Made by a program: the position numbers and the translations under genes. Under the pieces are notes generated by a model. It made no database searches. It was not told where the DNA came from and saw only the letters and a program-made list of their open reading frames with translations. From Thermoplasmatota archaeon (GTDB lineage: Archaea; Thermoplasmatota; Penumbrarchaeia; Penumbrarchaeales; Penumbrarchaeaceae), in contig JAUVBH010000001.1 in NCBI GenBank assembly GCA_030591285.1, positions 1 through 28,441 on the forward strand: 28,441 nucleotides of DNA, given 5' to 3'. Each line of letters starts with the position of its first letter. Within the stretch, counting starts at the first letter, position 1. This document shows, in pieces, positions 27,384 through 28,441 of the stretch.

Positions 27384-27712
27384 CTCATTTTCTTTCGTCA
27401 ATTAGAAGTTGATACGAAAATGAGTGCTCGAAAATGATTACACACGATAAAAATGAATTGCAGGGTGCAATATCATTTTTATCTGGACATTTGAGCTTTG
27501 CTTGTCGTCAATTATTGGGCAGCTCAAATGTTCCGGCACCCGTCTTAAGATTTTTGTCAAGTAAGATAACTTCTAACAGATCTGGATCTGGATGTTTAAG
27601 ACATAAAAAGAATCCAAATTTAACATCCAGGTCTGAAAAATCTGCGATTTTTCAATGACCTTTGAATTTGGCTTGCCGTCAATGTTTTTCAAATTCAAAG
27701 GTCCCGGCACCC
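27381..27712. repeat. Hairpin array with two degenerate tRNA-Gly 3'-end copies
   Basis: Inverted repeats at 27381-92/27416-27, 27446-62/27466-83, 27487-97/27521-31, 27589-97/27622-30, 27634-42/27646-54 and 27657-70/27690-703. CCGGCACCC occurs at 27372, 27533 and 27704; CGTCAAT at 27396, 27506 and 27677. Confidence 0.85.
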
Positions 27713-27784
27713 ATCGTTATAGCTAATCAAGTTTTATGGTCAGAGAACAGTAATTGGAAATAATCTTCAGGGGTATAGGGGTGC

Positions 27785-28441
27785 ATGGGTGGAAAGGGAG
27801 AGAAGATAGTTGCCCTGGTCACTGGTGGATACAAGAACCTTGGATTGTACATTACAAAAGGACTGATGGAAGCGGGATACCGGGTTGTCACCACATACAG
27901 GAGCCGTGGCCGTGAAGCTGAAGCAGTTTCTAAGGAATTCGGGTTCGATATCTACGAAGCAGACGTCTCCAACAAAGGAGATGTAATGGAGCTATTTGCC
28001 TGGATCGAATCAAATATTGGAACTGTTGCAGTCGTTGTAAACAACGTATCATCTTTTCCAACAGGGCCCCTGAAGTCACTATCAATTGAAGAGTTCGAGG
28101 GAGCTTTCAAAAGTTCTGTATTCGCTTCCAATCTGGTGATGAATAGAGCAATTCCAGGTATGCTTGAGAAAGGAGCAGGTAGAGTTGTGAATATTGGAAT
28201 GGCAGGAACCAACCGGATCAAGGGATACATCGACGTCGCCGCTCATGCGGCTGCCAAAACCGCTTTGACCGTACTTACCAGATCATGGGCCAGAGAACTT
28301 CGAAATGACAAGATATCTGTCAACATGGTCAGCCCTGGGATCATTGATTACAGTTGGAGGGATAACATCTGGAGGGACAAGATGAAGAAGATCTTACCAT
28401 CTGGTGAATTGACCCAGCCCACTGAAGTGGCATCTGCGGTA
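27785..28441 (+). CDS. SDR-family oxidoreductase, 3'-truncated by the window edge
   Basis: Not in the ORF track because there is no stop. Hand translation: MGGKGEKIVALVTGGYKNLG...VVNNVS...GRVVNIG...AAHAAAK...NMVSPG. Rossmann TGxxxxxG motif; the frame is open to the window end. Confidence 0.9.
   Translation, partial: MGGKGEKIVALVTGGYKNLGLYITKGLMEAGYRVVTTYRSRGREAEAVSKEFGFDIYEADVSNKGDVMELFAWIESNIGTVAVVVNNVSSFPTGPLKSLSIEEFEGAFKSSVFASNLVMNRAIPGMLEKGAGRVVNIGMAGTNRIKGYIDVAAHAAAKTALTVLTRSWARELRNDKISVNMVSPGIIDYSWRDNIWRDKMKKILPSGELTQPTEVASAV

Noticed and set aside
27402-27576. Long-range complement TTAGAAGTT (27402-27410) / AACTTCTAA (27568-27576)
   Set aside because: A 9-nt AT-rich match is plausible by chance in about 350 bp; it is worth rechecking only if homologs conserve it.
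27589-27645. ATTTAACAT resembling a Xer dif arm
   Set aside because: There is no second arm at the required 6-bp spacing; the partner inverted repeat is more than 20 nt away.
27434-27658. 74-aa ORF across the hairpin array
   Set aside because: No RBS or recognisable motif, and the sequence is better explained by inverted repeats.
27372-27712. CRISPR array interpretation of the repeats
   Set aside because: The identical repeat core is only 9-11 bp, the spacers are over 150 bp and highly structured, and there are no cas genes.

Overview
Archaeal chromosomal window, most likely from an uncultured Thermoplasmatota lineage. This placement is inferred from TATA/BRE promoters, GGTGA/GGAGG ribosome-binding sites, a tRNA without encoded CCA and the style of the surface proteins. 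All protein calls come from motif reading by eye, not database searches. Left to right: the 5' end of an ABC substrate-binding lipoprotein divergent from an HTH regulator, with a tandem palindromic operator between them; mscS; a lipoprotein; a UbiD-family decarboxylase; then a roughly 19-kb cell-envelope cluster. The cluster holds three very large single-pass surface proteins, a Dol-P-Man-synthase-like GT2-GtrA fusion, a smaller anchored protein and an MMPL/RND exporter. After it come two small genes, a nitrilase-family hydrolase, two PhoU/TrkA-C paralogs, tRNA-Gly(GCC) and a 3'-truncated SDR. No integrase, transposase, CRISPR array or reverse transcriptase is visible. The strongest unexplained signal is the ~330 bp after tRNA-Gly: six hairpins, including two copies of a module with compensatory base changes that mimics the spacing of the tRNA 3' half. 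The second is a single in-frame TAA splitting a 2119-codon surface-protein gene.
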